In this document: piece after piece, positions 50,811 through 64,000 of the stretch | How positions within the stretch are numbered: the first letter of the stretch is position 1 | Layout: every line of letters starts with the position of its first letter | Assembly: GCA_030265395.1 (NCBI GenBank) | Contig: JARFYF010000022.1 | Location: forward strand, 32,880,700 to 32,944,699 | Direction: 5' to 3' | DNA length: 64,000 nt | Source: Rhina ancylostomus | Lineage: Eukaryota | Position numbers and translations under genes: made by a program | Notes under the pieces: generated by a model | Database searches by the model: none | The model's input: the letters and a program-made list of their open reading frames with translations, nothing else | What the model was told of the DNA's origin: nothing

Positions 50811-51449
50811 GGAGAACTTTGCCATGGCAGAGTTCATGGTACCCTCCCAGTGCTTTGAGGTGCCAACTGAAAGTTGGCCATTTCTGCAAACTGTACAGAA
50901 GGGCAGGATCACTGTGAACAATAGACCCCAAGCCTTCTGCTGAGGTTTAATGTATCTATCTTCAGACGGCCTTTTCCTCAGACTGTCAAAGGCTGTGCTG
51001 GTAGACTGAAGGGGACGATGGATTTCATCATCAATGTCTGTCTTCAGTGGCGGCTCCCAAAATTGGGAAGTGATTCACATTTTCCAGGTTCCGATTATGG
51101 GCTTTCATGGCTATGGACAGCATTGTGCAGCACGAGAAGGTTGGTTATGTGCTGCACTATATGTCTAGTGCATCAGTAAAGGAGTTGATGATGACTTCAG
51201 CCTCTAGACATGCACATAGTCAAGTGTGGTCTACCACCCCCAGTTGGTATGGCCTTGGTTCAGGACTGGAGGCAACATAAGTTGAACAGTTTCTCATTTG
51301 TTCCGTAGATTAGCTCCTATCATGGGAAGCTTGTTGAAGGTGATGTGAAGCACTGAAAGGAGAAGAATTGATAAAGTGTTGGGGTGATGGTGCAGCATTG
51401 CATGTCTAGGGGAAGAGGGAATTTTTCCATTTGGCTCTGGAATTGGGCT

Positions 51450-52700
51450 GAAACAGCTGCCCTAGGAAAATGAATACCAAGGCCTGTCTATGAGGCTTTA
51501 AGTGAAATAATTGCGGGGAGGGTTCTGGTGAGGGAAAATTTAGAAACTTAGAGATAGGAAAAGGATAGCATCAAAATGGGTAGGTAGTAACCAGAGTCTC
51601 TGATGGAATATTCTCCCAATTAGAATCAGAGCAGGGGAAATAGTAACAGGACAAAATTACAGGGTCTTCATCTGAATATACACAATATTTGTAACAAAAT
51701 AGACAAATTATGGCAGAACTGGAAACAAATGGGTGTAGTAGTCATTCAAGGAAGGGTTGCAATGATGATGAATCCCTGATAAAAGAGAATGGGATTAAGG
51801 GAGAAGTGAGTAAGCATCATGGCACCGAAAATGAAGAGCTAGAATAAGTTTGGGAAAAGCTAAGAAACAGAAAGGGGCAGAAGTCATCGGTACGAGCTGT
51901 CTATAATTCACCATACAGTTTTACTTTCTAATATAAATCATGAAGTTAGCAGTGTCTGTAACAAGGGCTAGAAAATAATTATTGGGTACCTTAATCTACA
52001 CATAGACTGGCAATCCAAATTAGCAGTAGCAGTGTCAAGGAGGGAATTCACTCTGTATAAGATGGTTTTCTAAATCAGAAGCTAATGAGGGAACAGGCCA
52101 TTTTACCTGAAGCATTGTGCAGTGAGAAAGGGCCTTTAGGGGCAAATGATTATAATTTGATAGAATTTTAAAGGAAGACTGAAAGTGATTTATTCAATCT
52201 GAAGCTAGGGTCCTAAACTTTAAAAAAGCAAACTACAAAGGAATAAGGCATCGGTTGCCAATAGTAGATGGGGAAACTATATTTTAAAAAGTATGATGAT
52301 AAAAGAGTAATGGTTAACATTTAAAGAATTAGTACATAGTTAAAAGCAAACACATGCCTTTTAAGGCACAAACTCATGGAGAAGGGACCAGCTCTGGTTA
52401 ATAAGGCTGGATAGAGATAGCATTAGATCAAAAGAAAAGGTGTATAATGTTGCTGGCCAATACAGTAAACCTGAGGATTGGGAAATTTCCAGAATTTAGC
52501 AAAGATAAACCAAGTAGTTGATAATGGAAGGGGTAAGTAGAATATGAGTAACATTAAACACATTTTAAAAACATTAATAGACGTGAAAAGAAGAAGATTA
52601 GTAAAAGTTAATGTGGATTCCTTACAGACTGAAACAGGAGAAATTATGTTGGAGGATAAGATAAAGGCAAAGAAATTAAATAATTATTTTGTCATCTGGC
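51450..52700 (+). mobile_element. Highly decayed CR1 ORF1/ORF2 remnant
   Basis: ttaatctacacatagactgg, gaacaggccatttta, KRRRLVKVNVDSLQTETGEIML...LNNYF; boundaries approximate. Confidence 0.55.
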
Positions 52701-55700
52701 TTGAGGGTTTGGATACACTTTATATCTGGCCCTTTTGCTTTACAGCAGCCATTTGAATGAGGTCACCGAACTGGATTAAGGGGTAAGTGCACCTAAATGG
52801 ATTGTTTATTTTCCTTTATTTTACTGAATACTAATGTTTTAATTAATTCATAGTAATTAAAAATAATAAATGTTATTCTTTTAATTATTAGAATTATTTT
52901 AAACATTTCAAACCATTTTTTAAATGTCTGTGATTATCTTCAAGAGCAGCGAATTGTATAAAGGTCAGTGGGACAAACCTGTGGCAGGACCTCAGGATCT
53001 GCCACCTGAAGCCCTTGTCATCACTTGCAGAGCAGTTCACTTCCTGGGATGGCTGAGACAGTGACACCCGGAGCTTACTTTGGCCCACGGGGCAGCGTAA
53101 AGTTAATGTAGCCTTGGGGACAGTGCAGAGAGTGAGTGTGAGGCATAGGCCGGATCAAGTATGATCCAATCCATCAGACAAGTTAAATCTTGTTCATTTC
53201 AATGTACATGTGTAGCAGCACGGTAAGAGTAAATTAATCCCAGTTAGTTGCTCTGACACTGAAAACTAACTACAGTAAGTGTGGAGTTTCATTCTTTAAG
53301 GCTTTTATTGTTGTGAGAGATTTAAGAATGTAAAACCTCTTCATTTGCTTCTTTTTCTCCATCCTAATACAATTATTCCCACCTCTTTATTCTCTACCTG
53401 ATGAACCATTGAATTCCCCCAGTCTGATTTACACTGCCTTCCCAGCCCTTACACTATTACTTTCACAGTGATTTATTCTGATTGGTTAAGGAAATGTATA
53501 ATTGTTTGTCCTGTTCACTCAGGTTCCAGATTCTTAGTTTTCCTCACCTCAACATCACCAACCTCCACTTTCAATAACATGGCATGTATTCATAAATAAA
53601 GAACACTTAAAACACGCAAGACTAACTTATGGTAGACACTGTCAAATGCCCTAGCTCTGCAACATGTTATCCCATTAATGCTGTTTCTCTCTTCACAGAT
53701 GCTGCTTGATCTGCTGAGTGTTTGCAACATTTTCTATTTTTGTTTCTGAGTACAAGGCTTCTGTTTCTTTCTCAGATAGCAACTGCTAGTAACTAATTCC
53801 TCCTTGAATGAAATCAAGCATTCCCAAATTATCAGTTTAACGAAAAAGGAAAATAAAGACCAGCTAAGTTTAGCCCAGTTGAAATAAATTCTTTCCTTGC
53901 CCTGTTGAAAGTTCCTTGACCTAATTATAGAAGAAGCAAAGTCCTGCTGCTATCTGACACTGTCACCTGTTGTCAGCTTTTCATGACACTGGGTTCAAGA
54001 CTGTCACAAATTCACCTCTTTGTTTCAATCACTTTTTTCTTCTGTGATAGAAAAATTAAGAATTATTACCAAATGCACAATGGTTTCAGAGCAACCAACA
54101 AATGCACAAGGGTCATATTTGATTAAATGATTGAGGAAGAAACATAATTTTTATTTGAACAGGTCTCAAACACTGAATTTAGATTAAATGTGGAAAAAAT
54201 CTTGCCTATGTTTGTGGCCGCCTTCCTTAAATTAGTTCAGATTTTAATGTAATATTGTTCTTTTTCTTTCCCCTTATATTTTCTGGACAAGATTTGATTT
54301 CATTAAGTACACTGAATTGCATCAGGATGCCTGAACTAAAAAAATATTAGATTTATGAATATTAAACAAAGGCCTTTATCTTCTACAAGGTTAGCATTTC
54401 ATTCTTTCACCTTGGGGCTAAAATCTAGTTCAGAATGATAGAAGAAAATCATTCCATCTGTCAGTTACAAGTTTCCTGGCAATCCCTTTAGAAGATGAAG
54501 CATAAAATGGAAAAATGACCCTTGGTCAAATCCATTGCTCTATGGACATATAAAATTCATTCTGTCACAAGCTTTATGCAACACATTCAAGGCAAAGAGA
54601 AAAGATCCTACAACACTACACCTTGTTCCTGCAAAGGTATGTTTCTTCAACCTCAAGAATAATTATCTAATATTACGTACACTTCACAACCAGTTGTTTT
54701 CCTTTACCTGATAATTCATTGATCCCATATATTTCAATCAAATATTTCAATCTATTCCCTCACACACCTGTAGGTCTCTATCACATTTATCACTAAATAT
54801 TTATACTTCATTTAAAAATATTACTTAATGCAATATTAATAGCTTTAGTTGGAGCATTATTCTACTTAAACTTCTACTTTCTTCAGAGTTTAAATTTAGT
54901 ATACTCATTTTTTTTTCTAATTCCTGTAGATTAATTCAATGTTGTACAACCAAAAGTTCCATTCCCATTCAATGGGTGCTCTTGGAGCTGTGGTGAAAAA
55001 GGCTTGGGTTCAGAGCTGACAACCCCCCTGGATAATAACCAAATACTCTGCCAAATCGGGTTCACACATGAAGTACACCCACTTAAACAATGTACTAAAG
55101 AGTGACCATAGATTACACAGTGCTACCAACTGCAGCTATCAACAGCATATTTGTGGGAAGTGATGCAGAAAAATGACTAGAGAGAAAAAAAATCAAAAAG
55201 GAACACTTGTTCCTTGAATTCTAGCTTCATTTTAACCTGACATTTCTGATCTTTGGCCAGAGAGCATGGAAAGGGTGACAAGGTTGGAAGACCATTATGG
55301 GGTTTGCTCCATTCTTAGCTAGGGTGAGTTCTGTGCGCTTGCCTCTCCATTGTGATACAGTCAGGCCTAGGTGACCTTGAAGATGGAATCTGAAGTGTTC
55401 ATCGTTTTACCTGGTGCCTTCCAAAACCTTTTGACATCACGAGGCATAAAGTTTGTTATCAAAATCTCTCATAAAGTTGTATGCTATGACCTTATTTTAT
55501 GTTAATTCAGTTTTATATTTAATGATATCAGTGGTACCTCCCAATTTTGAGGTGGAAGTAATATGTGATTTTCTTCATTAGTGATACCAGACATCATATT
55601 CTATGGTTTACTTATCTAGGCAAAAAGATTATCTCAGTTTATTTCTTTTTTTAACTTCATCTGGTGTGAAATGTGTCACAGGTCAGCAACTATAAATGTG

Positions 55701-57393
55701 GCACTGAAAATCAGAATGATATTCTATACTGCATACTGAATGTGAATTGGCTAAACCTTACAAAAAAACCTTTCAGTGGTAATTGAGAGAATGTCAAAAA
55801 TAAGGAAACTTATTCACGTAAAAGTAGATTAATTTGTTCACTGAATCACCACAATTTGTCATTAAAACAAACAGTAAAAATAGGATTAGGAGACAACTTG
55901 GATATATTTCTTGAAAGAATAGAACAATAAGTGGGGCCAAGCTTTGAGTCTACTGATATGAAATAGTAATTGTAATCTTTTAAACCTGGGCAAAAATCAT
56001 GGTTCTAAACTCCGAATAAATGACTTTCATTTATGTTAAACCATATGATATCTCAAAGTACTTCACATCCAGCAAATTAATGGAGAATATTGTTATACAG
56101 CCAAACAGGGTAGCCATTTCTGCACAGTGATATCCCACCACAAGCAATAAAATAACTGCTAGTAAAATAAAGAGGATTATAAATTTAAAAAGGAATGCCT
56201 TTTGGCCAAATATAGCCATGTCAGCAATGTTAAAGAGCTGTCCGATTATTATCATTTTAGGGTCTTTCATTATTGCTCAGTGTTCTGTTTCATTCAGCTC
56301 CCTTTTGAAAGTTGCTTATGAACCTGCTTCCACCATCCTTTAGAGTACTGCCTTCAATTTAGATACAATAGCAGAGTGGTTAAGTTACTGGACTAGCATC
56401 TCAGAGACCTGGGACTATTGATCCCGACATATGAGTTTGAATCACACAGCAGCTGGACAGTTTAAATTCAAGTAATGAAATGATGATGGAACTGGAAAAA
56501 AAGTTGAGCATCAATGGTGGTAATCATGGAGCAACAGATTGACACAAAAACTTAATTGATTGTGGGAGGGAAATCTGGTGTCCTTATCTAATGTGGCCTA
56601 AATATGGCTCAAGAGCCATCAATGTGGTTAATTTTTAATGTCCTTCTGAAATAGCCTAGCAAGCTACTCTGTTCAGTGGTCATTCAGAGATGGCCATCAA
56701 ACACCAGCCATAAATCCCATGAAGAGATTGACCAAAAAAACTCTTGACCAAATGTTGGGTTCCTGAAGTAAAAACATGGCATAAGATGTGATATTTCATG
56801 TGTACATATTTATCAAAAAAAGATGAAGGAAACATACCTAAAATATCATAAACTGTTTTCCATTTACAGAAGAAAACCTTCCTCTGGCACATCTGCAGAA
56901 TATTCTGATTCTATTTTTGTGATATTGCTTGAAGGAGGAATGCTGCTCGGAACTATCAATCCTTCTTCAACAACTACAAGGGGTTTTGAATATTTATTGG
57001 CATTATGGAAACAGACAGAGTATCAGTGCAATGCCTCATCTGATAAATGGCAACCCTGCCCATGCAACAGCCCCTCAATACAGCATTGAAGAGCCAGTTT
57101 GTGCTTGGACTCCCATCCTGGAGAAGGACTTAAACCTTCAAACTTCAACAAAGCTGAGGTAAAACTCGAGAAGCAAACTTTTATTTGCTTTAAGTACACT
57201 AGATAATTGCAAGCAATACATTCAACAATAATATGTTATTGAATAAGACTGCATTCTTTAATTTGTTTCCATGTTTTACAGGGTCATTCAGAAACTATTT
57301 ATAACGGGTAATTAATAGGAATAAACCCAGTGAGTATCTCACCTTATCCCTGTTCATTGTAAATTGAGCATTATTATAAGAGGACTGCCTTCT

Positions 57394-57657
57394 TAGTCAT
57401 TGAGTCATACAGCATGGAAACAGGCCCTTCGGCACAACTCATTCATGCCAACTGTGTTGCCCAGTGAGCTGGTACCATCTGCCCATGTTTGGCCCATTGC
57501 CCTCTAAACCTCTCCTATCCATATACGTATCTAGACGGCTATTAAATGTTGCTAATGTGCTTGCCTCTGGCAGGTCATTCCAAATATGCACCACTCTTTC
57601 AGTGAAGAAGCTGCCCCTGTTGTCCATTTTAAATCTCTCACCTCTGATCTTAAACCT
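57394..57657 (-). mobile_element. CR1 3' fragment
   Basis: Minus ORF FFTERVVHIWNDLPE...FNSRLDTYMD. Confidence 0.85.
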
Positions 57658-57699
57658 TCATGGTAAAATATATTGCATTCCATTGTGAAAGAATATCAA

Positions 57700-57872
57700 A
57701 AAACTGAAAATACTGTTAATATGAAATAAAAATAGAAGTCAGCAGGTCAGGAAGCATCTGTGGAAAACAAAACGGTTAACATTTCAGGTCCCAGATGAGG
57801 AACGTTAACTGTCTTTCAACAGATGCTGCCTGACCAACTGAGCCTTTGTGGTGTTTTCTGTTCTTATTTGCA
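57700..57872. mobile_element. Palindromic Penelope-derived element
   Basis: cagcaggtcaggaagcatctgtgg...gttaac...gttaac...acagatgctgcctgacc. Related copies lie near 9615-9712, 14399-14475, 19240-19455, 28690-28800, 41950-42065, 49885-50010, 50580-50750 and 53680-53750. Confidence 0.7.
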
Positions 57873-59944
57873 TTTCATTGTATTAAGTTTGGAAATAAAA
57901 CTGTTTAATGAAATCTGCACAATGCTGTTGTTTTGCCCTGTTACTAGACAGGGCTGTGGCACGCAGAAAACAAAAATTAATTGAAAATATCCCCTGAGAT
58001 GAAATAGTTGCAGAATTTGTGTGAGAATCTCACCATAATGGCACACGGTGGACCTTGGGTCTATGAAGTAAACAAACAGGCTGTGATAACCTCTTACAAA
58101 TTTTCCTTTAAGCATAGTGGAGCATCTTCTGAGAAAAACATAACTCTAATATACAAGCAAAAATACTGGGGAAACTGAGGAGAATGGTACAATGTGTCAG
58201 AGCATGAGCTCCAAGGTTTTCACTGGCTGCACGTCAGGCCTTAGTGGAGGAAGTACAATGTAGGGGAAATATACAAAAACAGAGGGCAGGGATGGCTTTT
58301 AATTGCATGGTGAGAAGGCAGTGGGAGCAGATGTCTGGGGAGGCGAATGGCTGGAGTGCAGCCTCAAAGAGCATGAAGCAGAGCTACAAAAAGTTTAATT
58401 ACCTTATTGGAAAGTTCAAGGTCAGGGAATGCATCTTGAAATGCCATAATGATGTAAGGATCTTCAGATGAGCTGATCTGGGTAACAGCCAAGTTAAGCA
58501 ACCTGGGAAGGTCTAAGTTCAATCCTCTGCATGTGTTGAGTTAACTAATCGCTTGTCGCGACACTGATACTTCAGTTAGCCTCACTGTCCTTGTCTAGAG
58601 ACAAAAGTTGTCGGGGTTTCCACTCTGACAGTTGTTCATGACCATTGCTGAAAGGGTTGGGCTCAATGCTGAGCCTCCAGTTGCCAAAGGAGGTGCCAGC
58701 AATCACTGATAATGGTCACACTCAGTGATGGCTACTTTACTAAGGTTTGGGAAGATCAAAATCAGCATAAATTGTACTGAAACTTGCCTGAAATTTACTG
58801 AGATTTTCCAACTATGTAGAAGTCCTAGATAAATGTGTAAAAAGAGTCCATGCGAATTTTTCACCAAGGTTACGCAAATGAATAGGCCGAACCCTCAAAG
58901 AAATTTGTTTGGTAGCATTCTTGCAAATTAATTAGTTCATGGGTTTAAGCCCTAGTCCATAAACAAGAACAAAATCTCTGTTTACATGGATGGAGGCATC
59001 AACTGAGATTGAAGTTGAATGTGGTGAGCAGTAGAATTCTCCTAAGCATCCTGACAAATATTCACCACTCAAATGCATTTCCAACAGTGACCATACTTCA
59101 GAGGTATTAGAATGGCCAAGAAGTCTTTTGTGACTTCCTGAGGACATGAAAAGCACTTGAAGATCACATTCTTTCTTCTTTCCATTTGGTTTTAATAGAA
59201 CTTTTCAATAGTTCTACAGTTAAGGTGAGATTAATCAATGCCAATTGGCATAGACTCAGAATTACCTTGGTACATGTTCACAGAATATGTTGGCTCGGTT
59301 TCTTTGACAAAATATGTTAATATTTTTCCAGTTTTCTCATTTTCTCTGATACTGATTTCATGTTGGGCTCTCATGGTACAAATGATAGAATCTCAGCCAT
59401 CTGCCCCTCCCTCATGCATGAGCCTACCAGCCAGATGTAAAGAGAAGACAGCCTAATCCATTCCTGTCCACAATAGATTTAGCAACTCAGAACATTTTCA
59501 AACTTTTTAATGGGCAATTTTGCACATAGTAAAAAAAATTCTACACAAGGTATGTGAAAATTTACGACAATCACACGAATCACTCATTAATAACATTTTC
59601 CATCAGTCAGGGTGCTTACCTAACATTCACAACCTTGCCCTAGTCTCATACATGGCTCAATTCATCACACATCCATCATTCAGTTTTTTGGTCCGTAGGA
59701 GAGATAAGGATTATGGTGCACAGACAGCAGATTTAAGGCTAAACTCTAATCAGCCATGGTCTTATTGAATGGCAGAATAGGCATATGGCCTCCTCCTATT
59801 CCTATTTTTTTTCATTCCTATTTGAAAGGAATTATGTTGGTCGTGACATTGTCAAGGGCCTGCTGCTGCTGTTGTTCAAGGGTTGGATAGGTGTTAAGTT
59901 TGGAAGTTTGTTGAGCTGCTGTGATGCACTTTCCAAATAGCCCA

Positions 59945-60120
59945 CAGTGGACATTTTTAAGGCAGAGGTTGGCAGGTTTTTGATAAACACGGGCGTGAAA
60001 GGCGACCAGGGATAGACAGGAATGCAGAGTTGAGGTTACAATCAGGTCACTTGTAATTTTATTAAATAGAGGAGTGGGTAAAGAGCCAAGTAGCCTATTC
60101 CTGCTCCTAATGTGCATGTT
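59945..60120 (+). mobile_element. CR1 3' tail
   Basis: tttaaggcagaggttggcaggtttttg...gcctattcctgctcctaat. Confidence 0.7.
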
Positions 60121-62919
60121 TATGTGAATCCATGGTGCACTTCTGGTGAAGAGATTGAATGCTTAGGGTAGCAGATGCTTAGGGTGCCGAGAGGTTGTCA
60201 GTCATGTTGACTGCTTTATCCCAAATGGTGTTGAGCTGCACTCCTATCTTTGAACTCATGTCCTTGGCCCTCATCCTCATTGAAAATGGAATTGAATTTT
60301 TCCTGTCCCTTGTTTAGTTGTCCACTGGAAATCATGACAGGCTGCAGCTAATAACTGAACTTAGAATTGACCCATTAATTGTGGGATTACTTAGCAATCA
60401 CTTTAGTGTACTGCTTCTGCTTTAAAGGCATGCAATCCTGTCTTGCTCTTCATGTATTTGGCACCTCATTTTTAAGCATGCTTGGTGGCAGCTTCTGGCA
60501 TCCTCTGTTATAGTCCTCATTGAGCCATAGCTTCACCCCTGGTTTAATCTGTGTGCCCTATATGCCAGCATGTTACCGATTTTACCATTTACAAATTCCA
60601 AGACAATTTGGGGATTTTTAGCATCTTTTCTAAGGGTAAATTGTGATAAATATATTAAATACACTTTCATGGTGAATCACACAGAACACCATATTGGTGA
60701 AGGCATTGGAGCACTTGGGGTCAATGTCGCCAGATCTATGCAAAGTAGGCAGATTTTGATATGAATGAATTGTCAGGATCATCCAATGCATACAGCATAG
60801 TTGCTGCGTGTTTGTGGCTGTGGTTCTACAAATCATTTGATTTGTTCAATTGTTGCAAACAGGAAGAATCTTCAAAAAGTGCTGAAGGACTTTTTATGAT
60901 TTCAAGGCCTCTAGAAAAACCACTTGTTCCTGTACATAGTTGTACACTTCCCTTGGAAGAAAATATGATTGGGGGAATGAGCAAGGGCATACAGAGCGGG
61001 ACAAGAAAAGAAAGGGAATGGATCTTAGCAGGAGGCCATATCTACCTTGGGTATTCATGGATCAATTCTTCTATCTGAACTTCAGTATGAAACAGAGTTT
61101 AAAGGCACGTTCCCTAAACTTCAGCCACAATGCACCTCCCCTTTTAGTTTGAGGAAGGGCGATGGAATTGAGTCTGGCTGTCTGTAAGCAGTGGGAGTAA
61201 TACCAGCCTTTTATAATTTTGTGCCCCTCCTTTTGAGGTGTACAACCACTCAATAGCTCAGTTAGATTGGTCAAATGTTATAATGGATCCAGATGATCCT
61301 CACAACTTTGCAAGCACTATCCAATTTAGGCCCCAATACCCCAAATTTCCTTTGTACAATTGAAAATGAGAACATTGTCACTTATTCATCACAGACCTGT
61401 TAGATACCCCCATCGATGTTAGTTACAATCATCTGTTCAGACTTCTACCTGTGTGACCTAATTGGAACTAGTCTGTATTTAAAGAGTATGCTTCATTGTC
61501 ACAATGCAGAAATAAACTTGTATTCTTATTTGTGATCTATCAATATCATTAAGACTGGCTGGATTTCAAATTCCACATGGAATTGTAATAAATTTCAGTC
61601 CAAGCAACTCAAAGTTTTTAATATGCATTTGTACATATCAAAAAGAAGTTACACGAAATAAGATGTGATTGGAAATCTATGGGAGACATTATAGAATATT
61701 ACCTGTAACATCCTGTTGATTTATTGTGCAATTTGTGCACTGACACTTCAGAATTAATGTCTACCTCTTGTTAAAATATTGTGGTTCTAAATCTTACTGT
61801 TTTAATATTTCATTAATCAATTACTAAGGTAAAAGCATAAGATTTTAAATATTGAAAATTATATGAGTGTGGCACTTTCAAATCAAATAATATTTCCAAT
61901 GTACAATAACAAATTTGTTGGCCACTTGTAAATTAGTCTCATTTACATCTGTTGGATTTTAGTACTATTCTGTTAACAGGCCTGCTATCCCTTAGTTTTG
62001 ACTTTATGCACACCTACTTAGTCTTACATGATGAATTACATAACATCGTCACGTTAAAACTCCCTTGGGCATTATCTTTCTCCGCTCCCAATTCCTAGCT
62101 TTCTTTTGGTTTGGCTAACAAGGCTAAAGTAAACGGCATTTACCTGCAGCGTTTCAGTGAGAGTTTAAGGTGCTTGCTGCAGCTTGCAGATCCCGGTTAG
62201 TTCGCTCTGTGAGATTTGCAGCTTAGACCCTCAGGCTGGAGATTGCAGAGCTCATCTTCTACAAGCCTATACCCTCCCGTAGCTGGAAGGGATGTTAACC
62301 TAGGCTCAGAAATAAAAATCCCTTGTGATGTTTAGTACTTGGGCATTTACTAAAGCTCTGTTACAGGGATGGTATGCCGTCTCCCTGGTTCAGGGCGTGT
62401 TTCCTTTACCCCCCATCAGTTTTGTAACATTGCCCAGAGACAGCGAGTTTCTTTTAACTCTGCTGCAGGAAGGGAGGCTCCTATTGGTCTGGGGTCTGAA
62501 ATGAAGGCTGTCACCGCTTGTGTATGCGGGGTGGGAGGTGAGCGCAGGGAGGATGTTTGCTGGGGGTGGGGCTGCTCATGTGATGGGGAAGGGATCGTGC
62601 TGGTGGAGGGGTGAACTTTTGTGTGAGGGTGCCCTGGTCGATGGGGCAAGAGGGAGGCGTGGGTGTGTGGATGGTCCAGGGAGGGGATGAATTTGTTTGT
62701 CTCTCGGTGTGTGTTAGTTCGAGTTTCAACCACACCCAATGATCTCGTACACATTTAATCAGATCCCTGTGAAATTGTCAAGGAGTTGAACGAGGTCGCC
62801 ATGAATCCCCTGTGCCTTGTGCTGAAACCAGATACGTTATCATTAGAGTTGACCATTTTGAGGGTAAACTCCGCCAAAGGGAAGTTCCCTTCCGCTGTGT
62901 ATTTTTTTACGTGTGGAGA

Positions 62920-63080
62920 GATATAGAATTATCGAGCTGGAACAGCAGAGGAAGAGGCCATTCGGCCCACGCCGCCTCTATGCCAGGCCAGTTGTCCTAA
63001 AGTCAGAGTCGCAGAGCTGTAGTTTGTCCCTTTCCCTGTAACCCTGCACTTTCTCCCCGATTCAAATCCCCTTTGAAAGT
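62920..63080 (-). mobile_element. CR1-type 3' tail fragment
   Basis: cagaggaagaggccattcggccc...ccctgtaaccctgca. Confidence 0.6.
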
Positions 63081-63639
63081 CCCCGGCGTCAGATAAATCC
63101 AGCTGTTAATACACAGTCATTAGGGGTTTGTTGCAAGATTCTTTGAAAAATGACAGTTTGACAATCTGTGCGGCTAAATCCCACGTGTTCGCGTTCATTT
63201 CTAAGCGCGACTCATTCAAACCCACGACTTTAGTACTTCGAGAAACCAGAAATGAAACTGACGTGATCAACCAAACACCAGGTTGTGTTGAAAGTAAAGT
63301 GATTTCTTGGTTAAACAGTTGAGAACCGGAGCAGTTTGTTAACTCCCACCCAAAAGGGTTAAAAGGCTCATACACACACACGCATGCAGTTAAAGGAAAA
63401 GTTCCAAGCTGCAAATAGGAAACAAAGCGACAAAACTTGCTGAAGGGACACACAGCAGACCAGTCAGCCTCTGCAGAGAAACTTTTGATCTAAGATAATT
63501 CAGGGAAATGTTGTGGTCGCCGTTAACATTTCCTCAGTTTGTCTCTTTCGTCTCCAGCAGAAATTACTGCGTGCTGAGGTCCCACAAACAACTCCCAACC
63601 TGTCCCTGTCCCGCATACCCTGTGCACTTCGTTGAACTG

Positions 63640-63761
63640 CTAAATTTAGAGAACCCTTTTCTCCCCCTTCTCTCTCCTTCCCAGTGTTCTCCGGGAGGAT
63701 GGGACCAATCCGGGTTCCCCGCGGATCGGGTTTCACTATAAGATCAGGGCATATTCAGCTG
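63640..63761 (+). promoter_or_regulatory. Muscle-type core promoter: MEF2 (63640-63649), CCAAT (63705), TATAAGA (63737), E-box CAGCTG (63756)
   Basis: CTAAATTTAG fits YTA(W)4TAR; spacing is canonical; lies in a locally CpG-rich region. Confidence 0.6.
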
Positions 63762-63766
63762 GTGGG

Positions 63767-63824
63767 GTGCAGCAGATCCGACCGCTTGTCAAAGCCACCG
63801 GGGATCTCCCTTCCATCCTTAGCG
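63767..63824 (+). other. TNNT3: Probable non-coding first exon, likely of fast skeletal troponin T (start approximate)
   Basis: Begins about 30 nt after the TATA box, has no ATG and ends at GCG|gtaaga. Identity is inferred only from synteny and from TNNT3 having a non-coding exon 1. Confidence 0.45.
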
Positions 63825-64000
63825 GTAAGATCCACAACGGCCTCTTCCCTTTCTCCATAGGAGCTTTCTTAAGATCACGGCCAATCTTTTAAAAAAAATG
63901 AATCGAGAAGGTTTGATGTTGAATTGCAATGTGATATTAACAAACCACGTTGGTATAAGCGTGTGGGCATTTGTTTTCTGATGACCAGTGATGGATGTTG

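Noticed and set aside
39200-62000. Troponin T coding micro-exons or another protein-coding gene
   Set aside because: I found no recognisable TNNT peptide or convincing exon chain; the region reads as repeat-rich non-coding DNA, though very short exons could be missed by eye.

Overview
This is vertebrate genomic DNA, most likely from a cartilaginous fish (shark/ray-type CR1, V-SINE, DeuSINE and Penelope-derived repeats), with about 11 N-runs. Nearly all ORF-track entries are spurious. On the + strand I reconstructed the 3' half of LSP1 by hand: seven phase-compatible coding exons (2919-2960 tentative, 4533-4576, 11504-11585, 12574-12705, 16324-16422, 25803-25895, 27283-27387) plus a probable 3'UTR exon from 28006. 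On the - strand lies PRR33 as a single coding exon (37269-39098). It carries a 30-bp coding minisatellite ([10 protein letters not shown]) with an in-frame TAG in one unit. At the right end is a CpG-rich muscle-type promoter with a short non-coding first exon (MEF2, CCAAT, TATA, E-box, donor at 63825); by synteny with human LSP1-PRR33-TNNT3 it is probably TNNT3 exon 1. The most notable observations are a caldesmon-like exon in LSP1 that I do not recall in mammalian LSP1, the PRR33 repeat and its stop, a hammerhead-ribozyme core inside a palindromic Penelope-derived element, and a possible divergent promoter pair. All family assignments come from recalled sequences, not database searches.
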